A DNA stretch of 35,398 bases from IMG/VR virus record IMGVR_UViG_3300020045_003268, positions 1-35,398 of that record; one strand, given 5' to 3'. The notes below the pieces were generated by a model. It saw nothing but the letters and a program-made list of their open reading frames with translations. It did no database searches and was not told where the DNA came from. The stretch comes from a virus. Lineage: Duplodnaviria > Caudoviricetes. Shown in pieces: positions 18,438 to 27,114 of the stretch (its first letter is position 1; every line of letters begins with the position of its first letter). Position numbers and translations under genes: made by a program.

Positions 18438-19126
18438 TGAGCCTACTTTCCAGTCTTTTCAAAACACAGAAAACACCTACTTATAGTGGTCAACGTCCAT
18501 TTACAAGTCTTATGGATGCCCAAGGTGGTCAGGATTATTACAAGACCATCTCCAATCGTTCCAAAGGTAATGATGTCGGGTATTCTTCGGGATATGTTGA
18601 TAAGGTTACAAATCCTGTAATCGCAAGGATGAGGAATCAGTTCCAATCTTATGATATCCCCGCGCTTCAGAGCGAATTATCGGCAACAGGGCGTAGGAAG
18701 GGTTCCGGTGGATTCGACCAGATACGTCGAGCCTATCAGGAACAGGGTCTAAATGAGGAGGCCGCGTATTCCCCGATTTATGCGGCGGCAGAGGAAGCAA
18801 GGCGTGATGATATCAACTCCTATACCAATAATGTTGGTGAGTTTGCATTGAACGACGCCAATGTTCGCAATACTGCGGCAACCTTTGATAGGGGAACGTT
18901 CAATGATGCTGTGCAAACTGGTGTTCAGGATAAGACGGCCAATCGCCAGCAAGCAGGAAATCTCCTCTATGGGGCATTGGACTTCTCAAGCCCATACATC
19001 AATCAGATTACATCGCGTATGCCAAACATGACTAGCGGTTCTTCTAGAATGGGCTTTAACGTTTCAACCCCGCCGAAAGGGTATGACTATAAGAATATTA
19101 AGACTTCTCTTGGGAGGGTTCGCTAA
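18437..19126 (+). CDS. putative internal virion / DNA-ejection protein
   Basis: ATG 18437 coupled to the upstream stop; helical Q/A/G-rich sequence; first of three genes in the ejection-protein position. Confidence 0.6.
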   Translation: MSLLSSLFKTQKTPTYSGQRPFTSLMDAQGGQDYYKTISNRSKGNDVGYSSGYVDKVTNPVIARMRNQFQSYDIPALQSELSATGRRKGSGGFDQIRRAYQEQGLNEEAAYSPIYAAAEEARRDDINSYTNNVGEFALNDANVRNTAATFDRGTFNDAVQTGVQDKTANRQQAGNLLYGALDFSSPYINQITSRMPNMTSGSSRMGFNVSTPPKGYDYKNIKTSLGRVR

Positions 19127-20133
19127 TGGAATATGAAGATATGGTCATGCAGAGAACGGCGAAGCGGCCTCTTGGGACTAATCTTGCGAGACTTGGTGCT
19201 ATCATCGCAGGAAAGACTCCTCAAGACGATGATTCTCAGATTGACACCTTAATCAAGATGAACCAGCTTCAGACTGGCAGTCCTGAGTTTAAGATGAAGG
19301 AGGCTCAGACTAGGGCTGATATTGAGCTTCAAAAGGGGCTTGATTTGGAGAAGGCTAAGAAGGAACGTGCTCAGGCTGATTACGATGCGGCGGTTCAATC
19401 GGAGGCGGGTAGGGTCGGTTCAACAGTGCCTAATATCCCATCTTCTAATCCCATGCCTGTTTCGGGGCCGTCTATGACTACTGCTATGCCTGAGAAAACA
19501 GGAGGTGTTCCTCAATACATTCAGCAAATTGGCCCTTCTAGTCGTGAATATGATGAAAAGATTGGAAGGTTTATTGAGAAGCCTGGAAAGATTACAATGG
19601 AAAAGAATCAGGATTACCTTACACCTGATGAAATTAAAGCTAACCAAGCAAAAGAGAATATGTTTAAGGATGCGGCCTCTCAGAATCTTCAGTCAATCCA
19701 AGAGGCTAAGAAGGGTGCTAGATTCTTTGGCCCGGCTGGTGGTGTCCCAACTCTTCTTTCAACGTCATCTCTCCCTATAGTTGGTGATGCTGGTGCTTTG
19801 CTTCGTGGGAAGCCTAAAGAATATAACCCTATGGGCGAATATGATGAAAGAAAGGTTTGGGAGAACAACGTAAATAAACTTCTCAAGAGTCGTGTTCTTG
19901 ATTTGATGATGCAGATGAAAAGTCAGAGCAAGACTGGTGCTACAGGATTTGGTAATTTAAGCGATGCGGAAGGACTTTTGCTTCAACAAGCCTCTACTGC
20001 ACTAAGCCGCGACCTTCCTGCGGAAGAAGCTCTTAAATACCTCGACCAAATGGAACAGATTAACAAGAGAATTTTATCTGGTGGTCAACCATCTACAGGG
20101 GGTAATCAGGTTGGAAAATACAGCTACGAGTAA
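19126..20133 (+). CDS. putative internal virion / DNA-ejection protein
   Basis: Motif SKTGATGFGNLSDAEG..LQQASTAL typical of podoviral ejection proteins. Confidence 0.65.
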   Translation: MEYEDMVMQRTAKRPLGTNLARLGAIIAGKTPQDDDSQIDTLIKMNQLQTGSPEFKMKEAQTRADIELQKGLDLEKAKKERAQADYDAAVQSEAGRVGSTVPNIPSSNPMPVSGPSMTTAMPEKTGGVPQYIQQIGPSSREYDEKIGRFIEKPGKITMEKNQDYLTPDEIKANQAKENMFKDAASQNLQSIQEAKKGARFFGPAGGVPTLLSTSSLPIVGDAGALLRGKPKEYNPMGEYDERKVWENNVNKLLKSRVLDLMMQMKSQSKTGATGFGNLSDAEGLLLQQASTALSRDLPAEEALKYLDQMEQINKRILSGGQPSTGGNQVGKYSYE

Positions 20134-21901
20134 GGTATTTAAAGACCCTCAGGGTAGGACTCTTACAGTTAATTCTCCCGACGGCTCTATCCCATCTGAG
20201 CAAGAATTAGACCAGATGTTTCAGGCAAAGTATGGGGCTGATAATGCTTCTGAACAGCCTAAGAATCCTAGTATGCTTGAAACAATCGGAACGAACCTTG
20301 CTCGCCCAGGTGCATCCGTCCGTGAACGCCTTAGAGGACTTGAAGAAACAGGCAACATTCAAGAATCCAATAAACGTGCTGATATGGCTTGGAAAGACCC
20401 ATCCATCTCAGAGACATTTGACGTTGAAGCTGGAAGAAAAGCTAACGAGTCTATGGACAAGTCTTTTGTGGGCAATCTCCCTAAAGGCTTGCAAACAGTA
20501 GCTCGTTATTATGGCTCTATTGTTCCTAGAGAGGTTGGATTCGTTAAGAATACTGTGTTAGACCCTGCACAGATGGCTATTGGAATGGCTACGGAAGGTG
20601 CTTTGAGAGGTGTTGCAAAGGTTCCGTATAAGGGTGTAGCTTTGGGAGAAAGAGCGTCTACGCTTCCCTGGAATAAAACATTAGCTTCCGTAGAGGGTCA
20701 GGGAGCAAAAGCCACAGACACAGCAATAAAAGCCCGTAATAAAGCGGTAAAACTATATCCAAATCAAGATGGAAATCTTGAGGATATGAGAAATACAGCA
20801 GAACAAGGTGCTAAATATATCCAACCTGCTAAAAACTATGAAGAACTTGCTAATCAGATGGAGTTGGCACAGAAAGTTAGCAGAGCTGAACTTAAAAATG
20901 TATATGATTCTGGAACTCTATCTAACTCAAGAACACAACACGACCCATTACTTAAATACATTTCAGACTTAGAGAAATCCTCATTGGGGAAAACTCAGTC
21001 AGGTAAAAATACAATAAAAAAGCTTAAAGATTTGCATACCTCTGACGTTGAAACACTTAGCTCTAAGTCTCCAGAAGAATTGAATGACCCAAACTTTTAT
21101 CAATCGCAAAAGGAGATGTTTCAGAAAGAAGCTAATAGGCTTGGGGCTTATGATGACCCAGAATCAGGGGCTATGGCTGAAGGTTTGAAAAAGATGTCGC
21201 AAGGGTATCAAGACAAGGTATATGCCGTAGATGAAGTTGTTAAGCCTATTCTTAATGAACAGGGTGGTCTTATAAAGTCTACAGACATGGCTCGTGAGAT
21301 GGCTAAGGCAGAAGCTCTTGATTTAAAGCCATCCATAGGAAAAGAAGCTGTAGATTCAATCTCTGGAAGCCCTACTCAGACAGCGGCAAGATTTGTTAGA
21401 AAAACTTTTGTTGATAGAATGTTCGGTTCTCCAGCTAAAGGTTTGACAAAAAACATTAGCAAGCTTATGAAAAAATCTGAGAAGGCCCAAGCCCTATCCG
21501 ACCTAATATCTCAAATGAAGAATAAGCCGTCAGAAGGAAGGCTGGAATATCCTAAAGAGCTTCCTGCGCCTCCACAAAAAGCACTTCCTGGCCCAGAGGA
21601 TTTTAGAACTAGGGATATTAAGGCTGGAAGGTTATTGCAAGGTTCAAAGCAGGGAAAGACCATTAAGGCCGAGGGTCGTGGGCCTGCGATAGAGATGCCT
21701 GAGTATCTAGAATCAACTCTTTCTGAGCTTGCAAAGAAGTGGGGTGTCCCTGAGAGGAACGTCAGGGAGATTATTAATCAGGCTGATATTAAGCCCGTTG
21801 TTAAATCATCCTCAACCGAAGGCTTGATTATGTCAAAATCCAATAGAAAAGAGATAGAGTCTATAATGGCCCGTAGAAAGAGGAACTTTCCGAATGGCTA
21901 A
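20111..21901 (+). CDS. large putative internal virion / DNA-ejection protein
   Basis: TTG 20111 with AGGGGGT SD 7 nt upstream (track start 20081); N-terminal DPQGRTL...PSEQELDQMF motif; helical composition. Confidence 0.65.
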   Translation: MENTATSKVFKDPQGRTLTVNSPDGSIPSEQELDQMFQAKYGADNASEQPKNPSMLETIGTNLARPGASVRERLRGLEETGNIQESNKRADMAWKDPSISETFDVEAGRKANESMDKSFVGNLPKGLQTVARYYGSIVPREVGFVKNTVLDPAQMAIGMATEGALRGVAKVPYKGVALGERASTLPWNKTLASVEGQGAKATDTAIKARNKAVKLYPNQDGNLEDMRNTAEQGAKYIQPAKNYEELANQMELAQKVSRAELKNVYDSGTLSNSRTQHDPLLKYISDLEKSSLGKTQSGKNTIKKLKDLHTSDVETLSSKSPEELNDPNFYQSQKEMFQKEANRLGAYDDPESGAMAEGLKKMSQGYQDKVYAVDEVVKPILNEQGGLIKSTDMAREMAKAEALDLKPSIGKEAVDSISGSPTQTAARFVRKTFVDRMFGSPAKGLTKNISKLMKKSEKAQALSDLISQMKNKPSEGRLEYPKELPAPPQKALPGPEDFRTRDIKAGRLLQGSKQGKTIKAEGRGPAIEMPEYLESTLSELAKKWGVPERNVREIINQADIKPVVKSSSTEGLIMSKSNRKEIESIMARRKRNFPNG

Positions 21902-22142
21902 AAAAGCACCCTTCGACATAATGAAGTTTATTCCACTTGGTGTAATGGCCGTATCCCTAGTGTCGGGCTATACCTTGCTTCAATCGCGAGTTAGCAACGC
22001 CGAGGACAAGCTCAAGTCCTACGAAATCGTCCAAACGAAGCTGGCAAGCGATTCCACCGATATTAAGATTTCCCAGGTTAAGACGGAGACGCAGATGCAG
22101 GCCGTGATTGAGATTCTAAAGGATATTAAGGGAAAGTTATGA
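21894..22142 (+). CDS. small membrane-anchored coiled-coil protein
   Basis: One N-terminal hydrophobic helix followed by a coiled coil. Confidence 0.65.
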   Translation: MAKKAPFDIMKFIPLGVMAVSLVSGYTLLQSRVSNAEDKLKSYEIVQTKLASDSTDIKISQVKTETQMQAVIEILKDIKGKL

Positions 22143-22237
22143 CCACCCTTGAACGCCTTCTTAAATACACGACTTTTCACAATGAAAAATCCAAACAACA
22201 AGCCATCAAAGAGTGCATGGAAGAAGGGTGTAATTGA
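22139..22237 (+). CDS. 32-aa micro-protein (MTTLERLLKYTTFHNEKSKQQAIKECMEEGCN)
   Basis: Hand-translated; ATGA overlap upstream and TTGA overlap downstream exactly bridge the gap. Confidence 0.55.
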   Translation: MTTLERLLKYTTFHNEKSKQQAIKECMEEGCN

Positions 22238-23487
22238 AAAAACTATTACTTCTAATAATCCTACTTGCCACTAACGCCTACGCCGAGCAACAGCCGTCTA
22301 CGGATAGAAGTGTTGAGTATATAGTCAATAGGTCGTTTCCGGTAACATCGGTATCCAATGTTACTACCACATCGCTTGGTTCTGGAGAAACGTACACCGG
22401 AACATTCGAGCAGAACTTCCTCCCCGATGTTATGGTGTCTTGTGTAACCGATAACCCAGGGACACTATACTTCGACTTCTCCGTTGACGGCACAAATGTC
22501 TATACATTCCCAACGAATGGCTTTGATGTTGCATCTGGAGTCCACGAATTTCACACCGCCGTCAAAGGCCCGAGATACTTTAGGGCTAGACTGGTAAATG
22601 ACAGCGGGGCACAGTCATATCTTCGCTTATACACCTACTATGGAACATTCAGACAACCCTCAGCCCCTTTAAATCAGCAGACAAGCACAGACGCAGACTC
22701 TATTTTGATTAGAACGGCTTATGACCCTCTAGAGGCAACCCAGGGGAAGATTACAAATGTTTCTGCTATTCATAAGTTTGGACAAGCTCCAAGCGGAGTC
22801 CAGACAAGTCTTTCTGACATTTGGAGTAGAGCCGACGCCACACCATCTCAGCAAATATGGCTTGCACCAACAGCCGCAAGAATCCATGCCATAGTCTCAA
22901 GCTCTTCCGACGATGACGGTTCTCCTGTAGGTGCTGGAGCTAGAACTCTAAGGATATGGGGGCTTACTTCATGGGATTTGGCCGAGACATCAGAGGATAT
23001 AACATTAAATGGAACTGGTGCTGTAAATACAGCCAATTCCTATGTAATTATTAACAGGATGAAGGTTTTAACCTCTGGAGCTACTTCAATAAATGTCGGC
23101 ACCATCACCGCTACAGCGGCAGTTAATTCATCAATAACAGCTTTAATACTCCCATCTTTAGGGCAAACACAGCAAGCTATTGTTGGAATTCCATCCATCC
23201 AAACGCTGTATATTACAAACTTTAACTTTGAGATTCACGATACTGGCGGAACAGCTAAATCCGTAGACGCATACCTTGTGGTTAATGAAAATCCTAATGT
23301 TCAGACAACAAATTTTATTGTAAAGATTAATGGCGGTGTTGTAAATGTTGGAAATAGTAACTTTATTAAGCAATACAACCCATATTTTAGAATTGATGGG
23401 CCAGCTATAATAAAGTCTCAAGGATTATCTAGCTCCGCTGACACAAATTGTACGGCTAGTTTTGATGGGTATTTAATAACTAACTAA
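22234..23487 (+). CDS. Ser/Thr-rich beta protein with Sec signal peptide (putative virion appendage)
   Basis: MKKLLLLIILLATNAYA|EQ; motifs IHKFG...DIW and GAGARTLRIWGL...SEDITLNGT seen in phage structural proteins. Confidence 0.75.
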   Translation: MKKLLLLIILLATNAYAEQQPSTDRSVEYIVNRSFPVTSVSNVTTTSLGSGETYTGTFEQNFLPDVMVSCVTDNPGTLYFDFSVDGTNVYTFPTNGFDVASGVHEFHTAVKGPRYFRARLVNDSGAQSYLRLYTYYGTFRQPSAPLNQQTSTDADSILIRTAYDPLEATQGKITNVSAIHKFGQAPSGVQTSLSDIWSRADATPSQQIWLAPTAARIHAIVSSSSDDDGSPVGAGARTLRIWGLTSWDLAETSEDITLNGTGAVNTANSYVIINRMKVLTSGATSINVGTITATAAVNSSITALILPSLGQTQQAIVGIPSIQTLYITNFNFEIHDTGGTAKSVDAYLVVNENPNVQTTNFIVKINGGVVNVGNSNFIKQYNPYFRIDGPAIIKSQGLSSSADTNCTASFDGYLITN

Positions 23488-23531
23488 GGAGTCCTGATGA
23501 TTAAAAAACAGAAGGATATTAAGAGTAAGGT

Positions 23532-23750
23532 ATGAGCGAAGAAGAAGTCTATCAAAAGAGAGATTTAATCCTGACGGAGATTCACAATGATGTTAAACAC
23601 TTGGTCAAGAACTTTGATGCCCACGTTTCCGAGGATAAGAAGGTGCAGGAGGAGTTAAAGAAGCAGGTGGACTGGAACTCGAAGATTCTCTACATGGGCC
23701 TTGGGGCTTTGGCAATCCTTAACGTTGGTATAAGGTTTATACTCAAATGA
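23532..23750 (+). CDS. coiled-coil protein with C-terminal TM helix (XhlA/holin-like)
   Basis: Charged helical N-terminus plus ILYMGLGALAILNVGIRFIL. Confidence 0.65.
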   Translation: MSEEEVYQKRDLILTEIHNDVKHLVKNFDAHVSEDKKVQEELKKQVDWNSKILYMGLGALAILNVGIRFILK

Positions 23751-23950
23751 CAACAGAATCTAGAATGTTTGGTGTTACCATTCGCGGTTGGATAGCGGTG
23801 CTTATAGTTCTAACTGTCTGTGCTATGTCGCTAATGAAGATTGAGGTAAAGGAACCTTTGTATACGCTGGTCATTTCCGCTGTCAGCTTCTACTTAGGTT
23901 CTCGTAATAGTATGATGAAACCGCAGGATGAACCGAAGGAGAAGGTATGA
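23747..23950 (+). CDS. putative holin (2 TM)
   Basis: Two hydrophobic helices, SFYLGS motif and charged C-terminus. Confidence 0.65.
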   Translation: MTTESRMFGVTIRGWIAVLIVLTVCAMSLMKIEVKEPLYTLVISAVSFYLGSRNSMMKPQDEPKEKV

Positions 23951-24111
23951 TAGAGTGGATTCAATCGAATTGGACGAACGTCGTGGCAATCGTTTGGACT
24001 ATTGACCAGTTATTGAAGCTTTTGGTCAAGCTCACCCCGACCGTCAAAGATGACAACGTGGTGGATATGATTGGTAGCTTCCTGACGAAGTTTTTTCCCA
24101 AGGGGCAGTAA
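23947..24111 (+). CDS. small holin-like membrane protein (54 aa, MIEWIQSNWTNVVAIVW...KLTPTVKDDNVVD...)
   Basis: Hand-translated; ATGA overlap; LTPTxKDD motif common in small phage membrane proteins. Confidence 0.7.
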   Translation: MIEWIQSNWTNVVAIVWTIDQLLKLLVKLTPTVKDDNVVDMIGSFLTKFFPKGQ

Positions 24112-24430
24112 TAGGCCGCCCTTTAAAACTCGCCTAGCACTTCTTATAATCCTAGGGTCTATCAAGACGGGTCGATTCATCGACCTTGCGATTGCTTGTG
24201 CTAGAACCGCTGGATTAAGACTGGAGGTAGACCGTGAAAAGAAAACATGGGTCATCAAAAGTCGCCCAATGTTCATGCCGGAATTGCAGACTAGATACTA
24301 CACGGATGTCGAGGCCATCTTTAGGTCTGACCCAAGGAAATACACGGTCGAAACCGATAGAGACGCCTCCGGCAAATTTAGAGCCTTTCGGGTTTTTGCC
24401 AGCTGACGATAACTTGGGATGGCCCTGGGG

Positions 24431-24574
24431 CTAGACCACCACCCCATACTTGGAATAAATGCCAGCCCTATACCTATCCAATGCCGATAGGTAGAAGGGG
24501 GCTACAAGTAGTACGAATATGGCAACATCCACCATCGTCCTCTTGGCTATTGAGTGAAGCCTAGAGCGTCTCAT
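24431..24574 (-). CDS. 47-aa single-TM micro-protein (MRRSRLHSIAKRTMVDVAIFVLLVAPFYL...)
   Basis: Hand-translated; start overlaps the end of the sulfotransferase gene; last gene of the leftward operon. Confidence 0.5.
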   Translation of the reverse strand: MRRSRLHSIAKRTMVDVAIFVLLVAPFYLSALDRYRAGIYSKYGVVV

Positions 24575-25217
24575 ACTTATACTTAAACGTCTCAAAGTCC
24601 TGCTTGTAAGCCTCGTAAATCAGCTTCTGGGTAGGCTTGGTGTAGTAGGCCCGCCAATCGGTCGTTTCTGACTTATTAACATGGGGACAGATGGGGTCAA
24701 TGCCTATCCTCGTGGCAATATGCTTGAAGTCGGCCTCGAACGTCTCAAGTTTGCCCACATAGTCCACGATTTGATAGATATAGGCTTTATACAAGCTCTC
24801 CTTGCGATGGGTATAGTGGAATTGGGGGGTTAGGTGGTCTGCGAATAGCTTGTCCTTCTTTGAGGCCAAGAATCGCTTACGGATTGGGTAATAACGCTTG
24901 ACGAAGGCTTCAAAGGTGAATTTGTAGCCCTCCTTGAGCCTCCATTTGTACTCGGATACCGCTCGGCTATACGGGTTCTGGACGAATGCGAAGCTAAAGT
25001 AGCCATTGGAGCCAATAGGCCCAAGCTCCTTGATTTCGGCCATTGTAAGGTGTTGCATGGCCTTACCGCGATAGACACCGAACAGCATCTCTGGGCAATA
25101 GGGTGTAATCGCCCCGTCATTATTCTGGCCCCAGATGCCCAAAGCCTTCTCAATGGAACTCCCCGCGTTCTTCGGGATATGAACGAATATGGCCCTGTGC
25201 TTATGGCTAATAGGCAT
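24561..25217 (-). CDS. sulfotransferase family 2 (HNK-1 / chondroitin sulfotransferase-like)
   Basis: 5'-PSB motif FVHIPKNAGSSI; 3'-PB motif FAFVQNPYSRAVSEY; HLTPQ; DYVGKLETFEADF; YKQDFETFKY. Confidence 0.9.
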   Translation of the reverse strand: MPISHKHRAIFVHIPKNAGSSIEKALGIWGQNNDGAITPYCPEMLFGVYRGKAMQHLTMAEIKELGPIGSNGYFSFAFVQNPYSRAVSEYKWRLKEGYKFTFEAFVKRYYPIRKRFLASKKDKLFADHLTPQFHYTHRKESLYKAYIYQIVDYVGKLETFEADFKHIATRIGIDPICPHVNKSETTDWRAYYTKPTQKLIYEAYKQDFETFKYKYETL

Positions 25218-25420
25218 TATTTCCCCCCAAACCCTTCTTTAACGTGTTCCAATATCTCATCAAGCCTCCACATCGGAGTGCCATAGATATTGGATAATTC
25301 CATCAACGTCATGCCCGACTGCCTATTGGCGTAGATATGAAGCATCTTACGCTCCGTCATCTTCTCGGCCCTCTCCGACCTACAGGGCCACTTGGCCTTG
25401 CACACAGGACACTTATTCAT
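25217..25420 (-). CDS. small protein, CxxC plus HTH-like segment
   Basis: CPVCK...GMTLMELSNIYG; GGAGG SD; coupled to neighbours. Confidence 0.6.
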   Translation of the reverse strand: MNKCPVCKAKWPCRSERAEKMTERKMLHIYANRQSGMTLMELSNIYGTPMWRLDEILEHVKEGFGGK

Positions 25421-25563
25421 TTCTCAAACCTCCTACATTCACAGGGGCTGTTTCTACAGTTGCGACCAAATATCCCATGACACCATCTCGGACAATGACA
25501 ATCCTTGCAGACCCCATCTGGATACCTTCCAAATATAATTGATTCTATAATCCTCGTTAGCAT
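25417..25563 (-). CDS. 48-aa Cys/His-rich micro-protein (CKDCHCPRWCH...C...CEC)
   Basis: Hand-translated; overlaps both neighbours. Confidence 0.55.
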   Translation of the reverse strand: MLTRIIESIIFGRYPDGVCKDCHCPRWCHGIFGRNCRNSPCECRRFEK

Positions 25564-25652
25564 AGATTAAAATGCACCAATATCTTCCAGAACACCCAGA
25601 CCCAGAACGTAAACAGCATGGCGGTAAATAGCGTCATCCATATTCTTCTCAT
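25557..25652 (-). CDS. 31-aa single-TM micro-protein
   Basis: Hand-translated MRRIWMTLFTAMLFTFWVWVFWKILVHFNLC; overlaps the downstream start. Confidence 0.5.
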   Translation of the reverse strand: MRRIWMTLFTAMLFTFWVWVFWKILVHFNLC

Positions 25653-25675
25653 AAGCCACTCATCCCAGTATCTTA

Positions 25676-25927
25676 TTATGATTTAGAGTTCTCCTCGGCA
25701 ATTATCGTCTCCCTAATATCCGACCTTATTGACCGAAGCTCGGCCATTAAAGCCGTAGCGATTATCTTAATATCCTCCTCTGATACGTTTGGGACTACTG
25801 GAGCAACCTTATCGGCGAAGCAGTCTAGGAATTGACGCTTGTAGTTACCCCTATAATTCTTTTTAAAGACGAGATGGAACTGCCTTGTAATCTTGGCCCA
25901 CACAACATCAATTTGGCCGTGAATCAT
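25676..25927 (-). CDS. hypothetical protein
   Basis: Track ORF within the co-oriented chain. Confidence 0.6.
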   Translation of the reverse strand: MIHGQIDVVWAKITRQFHLVFKKNYRGNYKRQFLDCFADKVAPVVPNVSEEDIKIIATALMAELRSIRSDIRETIIAEENSKS

Positions 25928-26090
25928 CGTAGGTCATAATCATGGTGAATACACTTAGGACAAAGAGGCCGAGGAAGATGTAGGAATTACGGCCAATGAA
26001 GTTATACCCACCGAATAGGCGTAGAAGGAGGAATACCCACGGCGATAGGATGGCACAAAAGGCGTAGAGCTTGAAGGCTAGTCTAATCAC
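25908..26090 (-). CDS. small 2-TM membrane protein
   Basis: Two hydrophobic segments; overlaps neighbours. Confidence 0.55.
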   Translation of the reverse strand: MIRLAFKLYAFCAILSPWVFLLLRLFGGYNFIGRNSYIFLGLFVLSVFTMIMTYDDSRPN

Positions 26091-26370
26091 GCTTCTTTAA
26101 CTCCTTCTCGATGGAATCAAGCTTGTAGCAAATAGCTTTTAAGTAGTTTGGCTCATAGCAAGGTTTCACAATATAGTTCGGACTGTACTTTCCATCCAGA
26201 CCCTTACTAGAGCCTATGTACTCTTTGCACTCTTTAAAAGGCGGTTCCATACACTCCTCATAACTCCCACACCCCCAAGCCGGAGAACTCAGTAAGAGAA
26301 GGAATAGGAGGGGCTTTGTGGGGGATTTCACAGGAACACCGCTAGGAGGGTTAGGGGCTTCACGATTCAT
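26083..26370 (-). CDS. small Cys-rich protein with signal-peptide-like segment
   Basis: LLFLLLLSSPAWG|CGSYEEC; start uncertain. Confidence 0.55.
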   Translation of the reverse strand: MNREAPNPPSGVPVKSPTKPLLFLLLLSSPAWGCGSYEECMEPPFKECKEYIGSSKGLDGKYSPNYIVKPCYEPNYLKAICYKLDSIEKELKKRD

Positions 26371-26659
26371 CTTTATTCTTATATAGTTTAATTATTGGAA
26401 TATATGGTTTACTCCAATCAAAGACTACATAGCCACCGCCATCAGAACCATAAGCCTTTTTTGATTCGTTATAAGTGGCTACACTATCATTTGATATAAT
26501 CTGTATTTGTCCTCGGTTGTTATAAACAAAAGGTTCTAATGATTCTGTTTTTTTTGGGTTATAGGTGATAAGATTCCCTCTCTTATATTCAATCTTTTCT
26601 CCACAACCAGACATCACCACCGCCAGTAGTATCAGTAGCACCAATTTACCTCTTCCCAC
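26360..26659 (-). CDS. putative lipoprotein
   Basis: GGAGGT SD before GTG 26659; MGRGKLVLLILLAVVMSG|C lipobox. Confidence 0.65.
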   Translation of the reverse strand: MGRGKLVLLILLAVVMSGCGEKIEYKRGNLITYNPKKTESLEPFVYNNRGQIQIISNDSVATYNESKKAYGSDGGGYVVFDWSKPYIPIIKLYKNKDES

Positions 26660-27114
26660 GCCACACCTCCCATATAACCATCCCCACAACCATAACCATC
26701 ATCGCCCAAGTCATCCAATCGGCCCATTCCTCGATATAAGGATACCAAGAATCAAGCCATTCAATCACTTAAGCATCCTCAATATATCCCTCACCATCCC
26801 CTCGACATAATCCTTCCCCCTAAGCCTTATCTGCCAATGGCCCATGAGGTAGGTGGTTAGACGCTTCTTACGGCTTATCTTAGGCTTGGATTCCACAGCA
26901 ACATCCCCCTATAATGCGGAACATCCATCCAATCGGCAATATCGCCGTAGAGGTGCATCCAGCAGGAAATCTCACTCATTCGTAACCCACACAATAACCG
27001 CAATCATCGCAAAGAAGGCTGATATTACACAGGCTAATGGCCAGTTAAAGACTATCTCTATCATCCCCTCACCCCCTTCTTCCCACGCTTCGGAGTGGTG
27101 GTAGTCGGTTTCAT
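26646..27114 (-). other. chain of five overlapping micro-ORFs (27114-27061, 27064-26972, 26979-26875, 26896-26765, 26768-26646; 17-43 aa, two with a TM helix)
   Basis: Hand-translated; each start overlaps the preceding gene end, tiling the interval without gaps. Confidence 0.55.

Noticed and set aside
20081-20133. Possible ACG start or frameshift fusion between ejection genes
   Set aside because: A TTG at 20111 with a well-spaced AGGGGGT SD explains the overlap simply.
1650-23950. Alternative genetic code (stop-codon reassignment)
   Set aside because: Genes tile densely under the standard code, with TAA, TGA and TAG all used as stops at coupled junctions.
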